Assembly: GCA_028344535.1 (NCBI GenBank)
Contig: JAOMBK010000004.1
Coordinates: 3,893 to 67,892 of the forward strand
Length of the DNA stretch: 64,000 bases
Direction: 5' to 3'
Source: Pseudomonadota bacterium
Lineage (GTDB): Bacteria; Pseudomonadota; Gammaproteobacteria; Magnimaribacterales; D2472
How positions within the stretch are numbered: the first letter of the stretch is position 1; every line of letters starts with the position of its first letter. The notes below the pieces were generated by a model that saw only the letters and a list, made by a program, of their open reading frames with translations, ran no database searches and was not told where the DNA came from. Shown one piece after another: positions 1-10,537 of this stretch. The position numbers were made by a program, and so were the translations under genes.

Positions 1-393
1 TATTTCTGACTGATTGGAGCTTATAGCCAATGCATTCTTTTCTTTGGTTCGTCCTTGAAAATGCTGATCAGAAAATTCTTCAGACGTCTTAGAAATTTTC
101 GCCTTCATTCTAATTTGGGTATTAATGCTTGCCCAGTAAATTAAAACAGAGACTTGGTTATGAGACTCAAATTGGCGGCCTTTAGGAGAATTATAATTTG
201 AAAAAAAGATCCATTCATTGACATCAATATATTTAAGATTCACATACCTTGCTTCTACTTCATTGGCTACTTTATTGAATGACGAAACTGAAATGGCTTC
301 AATCCCTTTCTGACCATTATCTAGAGCCGCTTTATATGCTGATTTAAACTGAAGATAGGGTTTTTCGGAGCTAAGATTAAGAAACTTAATCAT
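1..393 (-). CDS. pdxH: pyridoxamine 5'-phosphate oxidase, N-terminal part (gene runs off the left edge)
   Basis: Not in the ORF track because it is edge-truncated. My translation of the minus strand from ATG 393..391 reads MIKFLNLSSEKPYLQFKSAYKAALDNG...EWIFFSNYNSPKGRQFESHNQVSVLIYWASINTQIRMKAKISKTSEEFSDQHFQGR. This fits the PNP/PMP oxidase pattern (FF-x-NY-x-S-x-KG, YW...QIR, SDxxFxxR). Confidence 0.75.
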   Translation of the reverse strand, partial: MIKFLNLSSEKPYLQFKSAYKAALDNGQKGIEAISVSSFNKVANEVEARYVNLKYIDVNEWIFFSNYNSPKGRQFESHNQVSVLIYWASINTQIRMKAKISKTSEEFSDQHFQGRTKEKNALAISSNQSEI

Positions 394-409
394 TGGTAAT
401 GGTAAGTAA

Positions 410-496
410 TGGTGCCCAGAGCCGGACTTGAACCGGCACGAAGTTGCCTTCGAGGGATTTTAAGTCCCTTGTGTCTACCAATTCCACCACCTGGGC
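410..496 (-). tRNA. tRNA-Leu (anticodon UAA), type II with long variable arm, encoded CCA
   Basis: Reverse complement is GCCCAGGTGGTGGAATTGGTAGACACAAGGGACTTAAAATCCCTCGAAGGCAACTTCGTGCCGGTTCAAGTCCGGCTCTGGGCACCA. It has a 7-bp acceptor stem, anticodon stem AGGGA/TCCCT with loop CTTAAAA, a long variable arm, the GGTTCAAGTCC T-arm and a 3' CCA. Confidence 0.9.
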
Positions 497-546
497 AATT
501 AGTTTGTTCAATTAATTTTTTTATTATTCTAGTTTTACTGATGAGA

Positions 547-1854
547 TTAAGCACTAAGCTTTAGCGAAATCCTTTCTCTTTCAGCATCAATTCCAAAGAT
601 GATGCACGATAGCTTGTCACCTTTTTTATAATTCTCCATCGCTTCTGCAGGATTTTCGTCCTCAGTTATGTCTGAAAGGTGGATCAGCCCGTCGATGTCG
701 CCCTCTAGACCAACAAAGATCCCAAAATCAGTTACGGACTTGATACTACCTTCTACAGAATCACCCAGTCCATACTTATTAGCAAATTCCGTCCAAGGGT
801 TTGGTTTGGTTTGTTTTAAGCCAAGTGAAATTCTTCTCTTGTCATGATCAATCTCTAATACCATAACCTTAATTTTTTCTTCTAAATCAACAACCTTTGA
901 TGGGTGGATATTCTTATTGGTCCAATCTAGCTCTGATAAATGTATTAATCCTTCAACGCCCTGTTCAAGCTCAGCAAAGCATCCATAGTCAGTTAAATTT
1001 GAGACTGTAGCCTCATATACACCACCAACAGAATATTTGCCTTCTATTGTTTCCCATGGATCATTTTGAATTTGTTTTAAACCTAATGAAACCCGAAGTT
1101 TTTCTTTATCGAAGCTTAGTATTTTTACGTCAATTTCTTGACCAAGACTTAAAACCTCAGATGGATTAGTAACCCTTGACCATGAAATATCAGTTATGTG
1201 TAATAAGCCATCCAGGCCACCAAGATCAACGAAAGCACCATAGTCAGTTAGGTTTTTGACAACTCCTTTAACGATTTGTCCTTCATCAAGATTTTTTAAC
1301 AACTCGACTTTTTCAGCAGAATTGATTTTCTCTAAGACAGCTTTTCTTGATAAAACAACATTATTTCTTTTGTAATCTAACTTAATAACTTTAAATTCTT
1401 GTACAGTGTTCTCAAGCTCTGGAGCTTCCTTCACAGGTCTGATATCAACAAGTGATCCGGGTAAGAATGCTTTGACAACATCGACCTCAACAGAAAAGCC
1501 ACCTTTAACTCTCGTTAGAACCTTTCCTTCGACAAATTCCCCGGTCTCTAGAGCTTCCTCTAGCTTTTTCCAAGTTCCAATTTTTCTTGCCTTTTCTCGA
1601 GAAATTCTTGTTTCACCATATCCATCTTCAACCGCTTCTAGAGCAACTTGCACCTCATCACCAGATTCAATTTCAACCGATCCATCATTATTTCTAAACT
1701 CATCCAAGGAAATGACTCCCTCTGATTTTAATCCAACATGGACTGTCACCCATTCTTTATCAACATCTAAGACAACTCCTGTGACAATGGAGCCGGGTTG
1801 CATTTCAAGTGTGCTTAGACTTTCGTCTAATAGTGCAGCAAAGCTTTCTGACAT
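547..1854 (-). CDS. rpsA: 30S ribosomal protein S1 (five S1 domains, 435 aa)
   Basis: N-terminus [21 protein letters not shown] resembles E. coli S1. Five repeats of the G-x-V-x-G-x-V...G-x-F-V...G-L-[IL]-H S1 motif are visible. Confidence 0.95.
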   Translation of the reverse strand: MSESFAALLDESLSTLEMQPGSIVTGVVLDVDKEWVTVHVGLKSEGVISLDEFRNNDGSVEIESGDEVQVALEAVEDGYGETRISREKARKIGTWKKLEEALETGEFVEGKVLTRVKGGFSVEVDVVKAFLPGSLVDIRPVKEAPELENTVQEFKVIKLDYKRNNVVLSRKAVLEKINSAEKVELLKNLDEGQIVKGVVKNLTDYGAFVDLGGLDGLLHITDISWSRVTNPSEVLSLGQEIDVKILSFDKEKLRVSLGLKQIQNDPWETIEGKYSVGGVYEATVSNLTDYGCFAELEQGVEGLIHLSELDWTNKNIHPSKVVDLEEKIKVMVLEIDHDKRRISLGLKQTKPNPWTEFANKYGLGDSVEGSIKSVTDFGIFVGLEGDIDGLIHLSDITEDENPAEAMENYKKGDKLSCIIFGIDAERERISLKLSA

Positions 1855-1859
1855 ATTCT

Positions 1860-2522
1860 TTATACTTCCTTGGTATGTTCTTTATAAATTTTTAAAACTA
1901 TTTCTAATACTTCTTGAGGAGTAAGATGGGAGGAATTCACTTCAATAGAATCATTCGCTGGCATCAAGGGAGATATTTCTCTTGCCTTATCTGCTTCATC
2001 TCGCAATCTAATATCTTCAATTAGATCGCGCATATTAACGCCTTGACCAGTATTCTGCAACTCTAAAAACCTTCTCTTTGCTCTTACTTCTGCATCTGCA
2101 ACTAAAAAAATTTTAGTCCCAGCATCTGGAAATACAACAGTGCCCATATCTCTGCCATCTGCAACCAATCCATTGTCATTGGCTAGGTCTCTTTGAAAAC
2201 TAATTAAGTTATCTCTGGTTTCTTTTAAACTGCTTAATTGAGATGCCGATTTAGCTATTTTTTCATGTCTAAGCGTTGAAGTAATATCTGTATTATCCTC
2301 AAAAACATGCATCTCATGATCAATGCTATCAATTTTTAAATTGGAAAAGAGATTCTTTGCAGAAGAATGATTTTGAGCCTGATCAAAACAATATGAATAT
2401 GCTCGATAAAGCAGGCCACTATCTAATAAAATAAAATTGAGTTCTTTTGCCAATGCTTTAGCAAGCGATCCTTTACCAGATGCAGATGGGCCATCAACAG
2501 TAATAATATTATTATTTTTCAA
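1860..2522 (-). CDS. cmk: cytidylate kinase
   Basis: P-loop [13 protein letters not shown]. Sits in the conserved position between aroA and rpsA. Confidence 0.92.
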   Translation of the reverse strand: MKNNNIITVDGPSASGKGSLAKALAKELNFILLDSGLLYRAYSYCFDQAQNHSSAKNLFSNLKIDSIDHEMHVFEDNTDITSTLRHEKIAKSASQLSSLKETRDNLISFQRDLANDNGLVADGRDMGTVVFPDAGTKIFLVADAEVRAKRRFLELQNTGQGVNMRDLIEDIRLRDEADKAREISPLMPANDSIEVNSSHLTPQEVLEIVLKIYKEHTKEV

Positions 2523-3828
2523 GCTTATATCCTATAGAAGAAATTAGCTCTATGAAATCAGGAAATGATGTAAAAATATTTTTACAATCCTTTACTGTAA
2601 TTGGTTTTGTACATTTCAAACCGGCAATCAAAAAACTCATAGCAATCCTATGATCTTCATGAGATTCAATAGAAATAGGTTGCTCAATTAAAAGTACATT
2701 TGGGCTTCCCATAATACTCATACCATCTTCAAAATTTTTGTGAGCTATTCCAAGTTTAGTGAAACCATCAGAAACAGCTTTTAGCCTATCTGATTCCTTG
2801 ACTCTTAACTCTGCTGCATCTCGAATTATTGTCTCGCCCTCTGCAAATGCAGCTGCAACAGAAATGATAGGAATTTCATCGATAATATTTGGAATAATAT
2901 CCCCAGAAAGTTCCACGCCTTTTAATACAGATTTTTTGATTAACAAGTCAGCGCAAGGCTCTCCTGACTCTAGTCTTTGATTTCTTACCTCAATATCTGC
3001 GCCCATGTTTTGCAAAGCTTGCAACACCCCTGTTCTTGAGGGGTTCATTCCAACATTTGTAATTTCTAGCCCTGGTGAATCACTTATTAAGGCGGCTACT
3101 ATTAAAAAAGCAGCCGAAGAAATATCACCCACCACTGTATAATTTTTAGCATGCAAATGATTAGAGGGTGCCAATTGAATAATATTCTTACTTCCCTCAG
3201 ATGCAATTTCTATATTTGCACCAAAGTTTTTTAGCATTCTTTCTGTATGGTCTCTTGTTTGAATAGGTTCAATAATTTCAACACCTGCCCCTGAAGCTAG
3301 AGCAGCCAATAGGATGCATGATTTTACTTGAGCACTTGCTACTGGTAACTCATAGGTATATTGCTTTTGAAGTGATGTGGGCAATATTGAAATAGGCAAC
3401 TTACCATTTGATGATTCAATGCTAGCACCCATTTCAGTTAACGGGTTTATTACTCTGCTCATCGGTCGAGAAGATAAAGATTCATCTCCACAAAAAGAAA
3501 GATTTAAACCAATGCCGGAAGTCAACCCCAGCATTAGACGCAAGCCAGTCCCAGAGTTACCAAGATCCAGTGGCGCATCACAGCTTTGAAAAATATATTT
3601 TCTTTTATGTAAATTAACCAACCCGTTTTCATCAATTGTAATGTCTGATCCAATTTGATTGAGCGCATTCATTGTGGAGAGTGGATCTTCCCCATGCAAG
3701 AAGCCATCAACTGTCATTTCTTGATTCATCAAAGCTCCGATCATAAGAACTCTTTGCGAGATAGATTTATCTCCAGGACATTGAACTGTGCCAAAAATCT
3801 GACTATTGATAGACGTAGTTAGATTCAA
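2512..3828 (-). CDS. aroA: 3-phosphoshikimate 1-carboxyvinyltransferase (EPSP synthase)
   Basis: PGDKSISQR and LGNSGTGLRLM motifs. 438 aa. Confidence 0.93.
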   Translation of the reverse strand: MNLTTSINSQIFGTVQCPGDKSISQRVLMIGALMNQEMTVDGFLHGEDPLSTMNALNQIGSDITIDENGLVNLHKRKYIFQSCDAPLDLGNSGTGLRLMLGLTSGIGLNLSFCGDESLSSRPMSRVINPLTEMGASIESSNGKLPISILPTSLQKQYTYELPVASAQVKSCILLAALASGAGVEIIEPIQTRDHTERMLKNFGANIEIASEGSKNIIQLAPSNHLHAKNYTVVGDISSAAFLIVAALISDSPGLEITNVGMNPSRTGVLQALQNMGADIEVRNQRLESGEPCADLLIKKSVLKGVELSGDIIPNIIDEIPIISVAAAFAEGETIIRDAAELRVKESDRLKAVSDGFTKLGIAHKNFEDGMSIMGSPNVLLIEQPISIESHEDHRIAMSFLIAGLKCTKPITVKDCKNIFTSFPDFIELISSIGYKLEK

Positions 3829-4667
3829 TAGTTTGATTCCTTAAAATCTTTAAGTTCGCCTAAAAAGGTTTGAAGGGTCTTAGGGTCATTTCCAATCTTA
3901 TCTTTCAAGATAATTAGATTGTTTATCAAATCATCTATTGCTAAGGCAATATTCTTTTCATTCATTGAAAAAATATCTCCCCACATTTTGGGAGAGGATG
4001 ATGCCAGTCTTAAAAATTCTCCGAGACCACCGCCTGAAAAATCTGAAAGATTATCTTGCTCAAGCTCCTTTAAAGTATTTAATAATGCATAGGCAGCAAC
4101 ATGAGGAAGGTGGCTAGAATATGCAAATATCTTGTCATGCAACTCTGCATCCAACACTGTAATGTTTGATCCAAGTGTTTTCCATAAATTTGTAACTCGA
4201 TCTACATGCTGTGATCCTACAGAGTCATGATATGACAGGATTGTTGATTTCTCATTGAAAAGATCAGCGGCTGAATTTTTTTCGCCCGAAAGGTGGGAGC
4301 CAGCTACAGGATGAGAGAAGACAATATTTTTAGGAAAATTAAATTCTTGCAAGGTTTTATTTAGAGAGCTTTTGGTGCTTGTTGTATCCGTGATAGTAAC
4401 TGAAGAATTAAATATAAAATCTAAGGATTTTAGAATATCATCAGTTGCACTCGGAGGAGTGGCAATAATTACAACTGAGTCTTCGTATTCAGAATTTTCC
4501 AAATCATCAAGAGAATGAAGTGAGCCTTGAATTGACTGATTATCCAATGCATTCTTTATGCTGTTTTGATTTGAGTCAAAAGCCAAGATCTCATAATCTT
4601 GAGAACTTGATAAAGCTTTAGCTATTGATCCTCCAATTAATCCTAGCCCAATAATAATAATTTTCAT
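3825..4667 (-). CDS. tyrA: prephenate/arogenate dehydrogenase
   Basis: N-terminal Rossmann motif IIIIGLGLIGGSIAKAL, plus the HPVAG motif. 4-nt overlaps with hisC and aroA. Confidence 0.85.
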   Translation of the reverse strand: MKIIIIGLGLIGGSIAKALSSSQDYEILAFDSNQNSIKNALDNQSIQGSLHSLDDLENSEYEDSVVIIATPPSATDDILKSLDFIFNSSVTITDTTSTKSSLNKTLQEFNFPKNIVFSHPVAGSHLSGEKNSAADLFNEKSTILSYHDSVGSQHVDRVTNLWKTLGSNITVLDAELHDKIFAYSSHLPHVAAYALLNTLKELEQDNLSDFSGGGLGEFLRLASSSPKMWGDIFSMNEKNIALAIDDLINNLIILKDKIGNDPKTLQTFLGELKDFKESNY

Positions 4668-5761
4668 AATAGCTCTTCTAAAGCGCTAAGAAATTTTAAG
4701 TTTTCAGTTTCTGTTCCAATTGTTACCCTTATAAAATCTTTCATATCATACAAATCAACAGATCTTACGATGACTCCTTTTTCCATAAGGTTGTTAAACA
4801 TTTCTTGGCCAATAAAGTTACCTTTAAAAGTAATAAAGTTCGCAACTGATGGAATGCATTCAAGACCAAGTTTGGATAATTTATCGAATAAAAACTCATA
4901 CTGTTCTGAATTTAACTCAATGCTTTGTCTAATATGCTCATGATCGTTAATTGCTACACAAGCCATCGCTTGGGCTATGGTATTTACATTGAAAGGCTGC
5001 CTGATTCGATTGAGAACCTCAATTAAAGATGGATTAGCAATGCCGTACCCAACACGAATACTAGCCAGACCATGAATTTTAGAGAATGTTTTTGTGATTA
5101 GTAAATTATCAAATTCATTCAGTAAATCTAAAGGCTTGACGTAATCTTCTTTGGTTACATACTCAAAATATGCACAATCTAATACCACCAATACAGATGA
5201 GGGAACTTTTTTTAATAACGAATGAACTTCTTCGTGACTGTTATAAGTGCCTGTTGGGTTATTTGGATTGGCAATAAAAATTACTCTGGTGCTGCTCTCT
5301 AAATAGTTCTCAAATGATTTTAAATCGTGAGCCCAGTTGCATGTAGGAACCTCTATTAATGATGCGCCAGCGGACTGAGTAACAATTTTATAGACTGCAA
5401 ATGCATGCTTTGAAGCAACAGATGATGTTTTTGGATTCAAGAAAGCTCTGGCTGCTAATTCCAAAATCTCATTAGAGCCATTTCCTATAATTATGTTGTC
5501 AAAAGCAACGTTCTCATGATTTGCAATTTCCTCTTTAAGCTTTGTTCCATTTCCATCAGGGTATAAATGCAAATCATTTTCCAGTCTTGCTAAGATTGAA
5601 AGCGCCTTCGGAGATGCTCCGAGTGGATTTTCATTGCTTGCTAGTTTTACAACCTGATGATGACCAAATTCTGCAACGACTTCGTCGATTGAGCGGCCAG
5701 GCTCATATGGATGAAGATCCTCAATCCCAGGGTTAAGATTATTAAGAATATCTGAGCTCAT
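4664..5761 (-). CDS. hisC: histidinol-phosphate / aromatic aminotransferase (class II PLP)
   Basis: LASNENPLG, NPNNPTG and TFSKIHGLASIRVGY (PLP lysine) motifs. Confidence 0.88.
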   Translation of the reverse strand: MSSDILNNLNPGIEDLHPYEPGRSIDEVVAEFGHHQVVKLASNENPLGASPKALSILARLENDLHLYPDGNGTKLKEEIANHENVAFDNIIIGNGSNEILELAARAFLNPKTSSVASKHAFAVYKIVTQSAGASLIEVPTCNWAHDLKSFENYLESSTRVIFIANPNNPTGTYNSHEEVHSLLKKVPSSVLVVLDCAYFEYVTKEDYVKPLDLLNEFDNLLITKTFSKIHGLASIRVGYGIANPSLIEVLNRIRQPFNVNTIAQAMACVAINDHEHIRQSIELNSEQYEFLFDKLSKLGLECIPSVANFITFKGNFIGQEMFNNLMEKGVIVRSVDLYDMKDFIRVTIGTETENLKFLSALEELL

Positions 5762-6840
5762 GAATCTGACGGATATGAGCCAAGAATTCGAACAGAAGCT
5801 CCTAATTCCCTAAGATTGGCAATAACCTGCTTGAGTTTCACGTCCTTATAGTGGCCGCTGCTATCTATAAAAAAATTATGTGCATTCAATGATTCTCTTG
5901 ATGGACGTGTTTCAATTCTTTCCAGATTAATTTTTCTTTTATTGAATGGTTCAAGTATTTTAATTAAAGCTCCTGGCTGATTATCTGTTTGGATTAAAAG
6001 GGAGGTTTTATCTTTTTTGGTTTGCTCAATTGCAATATTGCCAATCACTAAAAATCTTGTGTTGTTGCCAGAAAAATCTTCAATATCTTTTTGATAATGA
6101 TGTAGCTTATATTTATTAATTGCCAATGAACTGACTATACATAAAGTTTTTGGATGGGCTTTTGAAAGCTTGGCAGCTTCAGCCGTGCTTGATGTAGTCT
6201 CCCTTTTTGCATTAGGTAAATTAGCATCCAGCCACTTGCTGCATTGACCAAGAGCTTGAGGATGCGATGCAACAATTTGAGTATCCTCGAGTTTAAATTT
6301 TTTGGCTGAAGCTAGTTGATGGTGAATAGGGAGATAAGTTTCGCCACAAATCTTTATCTCTTCATCTGCTAAAGAGTTTAAGGTTGCATTTACTACTCCT
6401 TCGGAAGAATTTTCTACTGGCACAACCCCAAAGTTTGCTGAACCAGTTCTTACTTGATGAAAAACATCCTCTATCGTTGATCGTGGTGATCTTATTGGCG
6501 AAGAACCAAAATGCTGAATTACAGCCCCTTCAGAATGAGTTCCTTCAGGACCAAGGTATGCAATTGTTAATTCTTCCTCTAATGAAAGGCAAGATGAGAT
6601 AATTTCTTTGAAAATGTGATTAATTTTATTCTCTGAAATTGGACCATCATTGAGTTTAGAAATATCTCTCAAGATCTCTGCCTCTCTATTAGGTTTGTAG
6701 AAAGAGGTATTTGAGCTCATCAAGCTCTTTAATTTACCTATTTTTTGTGCCAAAGAGCCTCTTCTTTGAATTAGCTTCAAGATTTGATGATCAATAGCAT
6801 CAATTTTTTGCCTTATAGGTTTAATTTTATTCTTGCTCAC
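5758..6840 (-). CDS. pheA: bifunctional chorismate mutase / prephenate dehydratase
   Basis: Chorismate mutase helix IRQKIDAIDHQILKLIQRR, prephenate dehydratase YLGPEGTHSE and NNTRFLVIG, and an ACT region with IETRPSR. Confidence 0.93.
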   Translation of the reverse strand: MSKNKIKPIRQKIDAIDHQILKLIQRRGSLAQKIGKLKSLMSSNTSFYKPNREAEILRDISKLNDGPISENKINHIFKEIISSCLSLEEELTIAYLGPEGTHSEGAVIQHFGSSPIRSPRSTIEDVFHQVRTGSANFGVVPVENSSEGVVNATLNSLADEEIKICGETYLPIHHQLASAKKFKLEDTQIVASHPQALGQCSKWLDANLPNAKRETTSSTAEAAKLSKAHPKTLCIVSSLAINKYKLHHYQKDIEDFSGNNTRFLVIGNIAIEQTKKDKTSLLIQTDNQPGALIKILEPFNKRKINLERIETRPSRESLNAHNFFIDSSGHYKDVKLKQVIANLRELGASVRILGSYPSDS

Positions 6841-6844
6841 AACT

Positions 6845-7918
6845 TTATCCGTGCTTAGATTGAAAATCTCCCATGAAATTAATCAATGCATCTACCGCTT
6901 CGATTGGCGTAGCATTATAAATGCTTGCTCTCATACCGCCAACTGACCTGTGTCCCTTTAAGTTAAGTAAACCTGCATTTTTTGCTTCATGCAAGAATTC
7001 GGCGTCTAATTCTGAATTTTTCAATAAAAAAGGTACATTCATAATAGATCTATTTCGCACTGTTACAGGATTAGAATAAAAATTAGATTGATCTATGAAA
7101 TCATATAAATTCTTTGCTTTGAGCTGGTTAATTTTGCCCATAGATTCTAAGCCTCCATTATCTTTAAGCCATGCAAAGACTTTGCCTGAGAGATACCATG
7201 CAAAGGTGGGAGGAGTATTAAACATTGAATCTGAATCAGCATGTTTTGAATACTGAAGCATGCCCGGCAATTCAGCTGAGGCTGTTTCTAAAAAATCATT
7301 TTTAATAATGCAAATAGTTAATCCGGCTGGGCCAATATTTTTTTGAGCGCCAGCATAAATCATTGAAAACCTTGATACATCAATTGGCTCACTCAAGATA
7401 ACTGATGACATATCTGATATTAATGGTGCATTAAGGGTTGGAGGAACATGCAATGCATTTCCTTGAATTGTCTCATTGGCAACGTAATGTAAGTAAGATG
7501 CATTTTCAGAGCAGTTCCAGCTCTCCTCACTGGGCACATTATTAAAGTTAGATGATTCAGAACTAGTGACAATATTGATATCAATTATTTTTGAAGCTTC
7601 GTTGATAGCTTTTTTTGACCAGCTTCCAGACAAAACATAGTCAGCAACTTTCTGAGAACCAAAATTCATCGGAACCATAGAGAACTGAAGAGTGGCACCC
7701 CCTTGGAGAAAGAGAACTTGATAATCACTTGGAATGTTCAATAAATCAATGAGATCTTCCCGCGCTTTATTGGCTATATCTATATAGTCAGAAGATCTAT
7801 GGCTCATTTCCATAACTGACATTCCGGAACCTTGCCATTCCAGCATTTCAGCCTGAGCTTCTTGCAACACAGCTTCAGGAATGGCAGCAGGACCTGCTGA
7901 GAAATTCCATTTTCTCAT
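6845..7918 (-). CDS. serC: phosphoserine aminotransferase
   Basis: NFSAGPAAIPEAVL start and the GGMRASIYNA C-terminal motif. Confidence 0.93.
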   Translation of the reverse strand: MRKWNFSAGPAAIPEAVLQEAQAEMLEWQGSGMSVMEMSHRSSDYIDIANKAREDLIDLLNIPSDYQVLFLQGGATLQFSMVPMNFGSQKVADYVLSGSWSKKAINEASKIIDINIVTSSESSNFNNVPSEESWNCSENASYLHYVANETIQGNALHVPPTLNAPLISDMSSVILSEPIDVSRFSMIYAGAQKNIGPAGLTICIIKNDFLETASAELPGMLQYSKHADSDSMFNTPPTFAWYLSGKVFAWLKDNGGLESMGKINQLKAKNLYDFIDQSNFYSNPVTVRNRSIMNVPFLLKNSELDAEFLHEAKNAGLLNLKGHRSVGGMRASIYNATPIEAVDALINFMGDFQSKHG

Positions 7919-10455
7919 TATTCCTCTTCTTCTTCTGGGGGAATTCTTACACCTTCGATTAATTTCTCACCTTCTTTAGGAGAGATAACTTTAACGCCTT
8001 GGGTATTTCTGCCGAGAGTAGGTATTTGACTGATGGCAGTTCTGATGAGTGTGCCTTTATCGCTAATTAACATAATCCCATCATTTTCATCAACAGAGAC
8101 TGCAGAAACCATATTTCCATTTCTATCACTTGTTTTTAAAGCAATGACACCCTGCCCACCTCTATTATAGGATGGGAAGTCCTCTAATTTTGTTCTCTTT
8201 CCAAAACCATTTTCAGATAAACATAAAATAGTCTTAGATGGATCACCGATCATTAAAGAAATAACTTTCATTCCATCTTTAAGAGTTATTCCTTTGACTC
8301 CCCTTGCAGTTCTTCCCATTGGGCGAACTTTCGATTCATGGAATCTAATCAATTTTCCAGAATAAGATGAAAGTAAAATATCATTATCGCCATGAGTAAT
8401 GACAGTTCCTACCAATTTATCATCATCATCTAATCGAATAGCCTTAATTCCAGATTTATATTTTTTATGAAATAAATTTAAGTTTGTTTTTTTAACAACA
8501 CCGTTTCTAGTTGCCATGAAAATAAATTTATCTTCAGAAAATTCATCGACAGGTAGAATCTGAGTTACGGTTTCATCATCATCCAATTTCAACATATTAA
8601 CGAGAGGTCTTCCTTTGGAAGTTCTGCTTGCAACTGGAACTTCATAAACCTTCAGCCAAAAAACTTTGCCTTTGGTTGTAAAGCATAGAAGCTGGCTATG
8701 AGAACTTAAAACATAAAGGTTTTGTATTAAATCCTCTTCTTTGACTTTTGCACCGGCCTTACCAACACCTCCCCTTCTTTGCTCTCTGTATTCATCTAGA
8801 GGCTGAGTTTTAGCGTAGCCACTTCGAGAAAGAGTTAACACCCTGGTCTCTTCAGGAATTAAATCCTCATTTGAAATATCATGGCGGGTGTCATTGATAT
8901 TAGTTTTTCTGTCATCTCCAAAATTTTCTCTAACCTCTATTAATTCATCTTTAATTAATTGAAGTAGCGTTTCTTTATCATCAAGAATTTTTTGAAGTTC
9001 TAAGATTACCTCTAAGATTTCATTAAATTCAGTAGAGAGGTTGTCTTGCTCTAAACCCGTGAGTCTTCCAAGTCTTAATTCAAGAATAGACTTTGCTTGA
9101 GCTGGAGATAATTTATAGTTTTTACCTTTAATTCCATACTCAGATGAAAGGCCTTTGGGACGACATGCATCCTTACCAGCTTTTTTAAGAATTGCTTCAA
9201 TCGGTCCAGCTTTCCAAGATTTCTTACATAGTTCGGTTGCTGCAATCTTAGTATCTTTAGATTTTTTAATTATTTTAATGATCTCATCAATATTTGCTAT
9301 TGAAACCATTAATCCTTCGACGATATGACCCCTTTCTTTAGCCTTTCTTAAATCAAACTTAGTTCTTTTTGTAACAACATCTTTTCTGTGTTTTATAAAC
9401 TCTTGGAGGATTTCTTTAATATTTAATACGCGAGGCTGGCCGTCCACGAGAACCGTAAAATTAATACCGAAAGATTGCTCTAATTGCGACTGAGCAAATA
9501 AATTATTTTCTAGAACTTCAACGGACTCACCGCGCTTGACCTCAATAACTACTCTGAGACCATCTTTATCAGATTCATCTCTTATTTCGCTGATTCCATC
9601 TATCTTCTTGTCTTTAACCATCTCAGCAATTCTTTCAAGCATCTTAGCTTTATTGACCATGTAAGGTATTTCATTAATGATCAAGGAACTCTTTCCAGAT
9701 TTATCCTCCTCTACGGAAGTCTTGGCGCGAACATGAATAATTCCTCTACCAGTTTTATAGCCCTCATATATCCCAATTCTTCCATCTATAGTTCCGCCTG
9801 TTGGGAAATCGGGACCAGTAATAATTTGAATGATCTCATCAATGCTGGCCTTTGGATTATCCAACAAGAGCAAGCAACCGTTTAATACTTCCGTCAGATT
9901 GTGTGGAGGAACATTTGTTGCCATACCAACTGCAATACCTGATGAACCATTAACAAGCAATGCTGGAATTCTTGTTGGCATAACGTCTGGAATTTGCTCG
10001 GTTCCATCATAGTTAGGAGAGTAACTTACCGTCTCTTTCTCAATATCATTGAGAATCATATCTGTAATTTTTGCCATCCTAACTTCGGTATAACGCATGG
10101 CAGCTGGAGAGTCTCCATCTATTGAACCAAAATTGCCTTGACCCTCTACTAAGGTGTATCTCATAGAAAAGTCTTGCGCCATTCTAACCATAGCTTCATA
10201 TACAGCTGAATCACCATGAGGGTGATATTTACCTATTACATCTCCCACCACTCTTGCAGATTTTTTATACGGCTGACGATAGGTATTTCTTAATACATGT
10301 TGTGCAAATAAAATTCTTCTATGTACTGGCTTTAGACCATCTCTCACATCTGGAAGTGCTCTTCCGTGAATGACGCTCATAGCATAACTTAAGTAAGAAG
10401 TTTTTAGCTCATCTTCAATATTGATTGGTAAGATTTCTTTTGCAAAATCAGTCAT
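7918..10455 (-). CDS. gyrA: DNA gyrase subunit A
   Basis: QRDR region [17 protein letters not shown], active-site AAMRYTE, C-terminal beta-pinwheel repeats and an acidic tail EEEEE. Confidence 0.97.
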   Translation of the reverse strand: MTDFAKEILPINIEDELKTSYLSYAMSVIHGRALPDVRDGLKPVHRRILFAQHVLRNTYRQPYKKSARVVGDVIGKYHPHGDSAVYEAMVRMAQDFSMRYTLVEGQGNFGSIDGDSPAAMRYTEVRMAKITDMILNDIEKETVSYSPNYDGTEQIPDVMPTRIPALLVNGSSGIAVGMATNVPPHNLTEVLNGCLLLLDNPKASIDEIIQIITGPDFPTGGTIDGRIGIYEGYKTGRGIIHVRAKTSVEEDKSGKSSLIINEIPYMVNKAKMLERIAEMVKDKKIDGISEIRDESDKDGLRVVIEVKRGESVEVLENNLFAQSQLEQSFGINFTVLVDGQPRVLNIKEILQEFIKHRKDVVTKRTKFDLRKAKERGHIVEGLMVSIANIDEIIKIIKKSKDTKIAATELCKKSWKAGPIEAILKKAGKDACRPKGLSSEYGIKGKNYKLSPAQAKSILELRLGRLTGLEQDNLSTEFNEILEVILELQKILDDKETLLQLIKDELIEVRENFGDDRKTNINDTRHDISNEDLIPEETRVLTLSRSGYAKTQPLDEYREQRRGGVGKAGAKVKEEDLIQNLYVLSSHSQLLCFTTKGKVFWLKVYEVPVASRTSKGRPLVNMLKLDDDETVTQILPVDEFSEDKFIFMATRNGVVKKTNLNLFHKKYKSGIKAIRLDDDDKLVGTVITHGDNDILLSSYSGKLIRFHESKVRPMGRTARGVKGITLKDGMKVISLMIGDPSKTILCLSENGFGKRTKLEDFPSYNRGGQGVIALKTSDRNGNMVSAVSVDENDGIMLISDKGTLIRTAISQIPTLGRNTQGVKVISPKEGEKLIEGVRIPPEEEEE

Positions 10456-10537
10456 TTTTTAGCCCTAGAAGCGATATTTTTTACGTGCAGGAAATTCCCT
10501 TATTTAAGGGTAAATTTTACCATACTTCAGGGGGATT

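Noticed and set aside
1406-1924. 172-aa + strand ORF
   Set aside because: It lies almost entirely antisense to rpsA. It is S/T/P-rich and low-complexity, with no recognisable motifs. This is a typical shadow ORF of a highly expressed gene.
10480-10520. Small hairpin CCCTT-ATTT-AAGGG downstream of pntB as a terminator
   Set aside because: The stem is only 5 bp and no T-tract follows on the minus strand.
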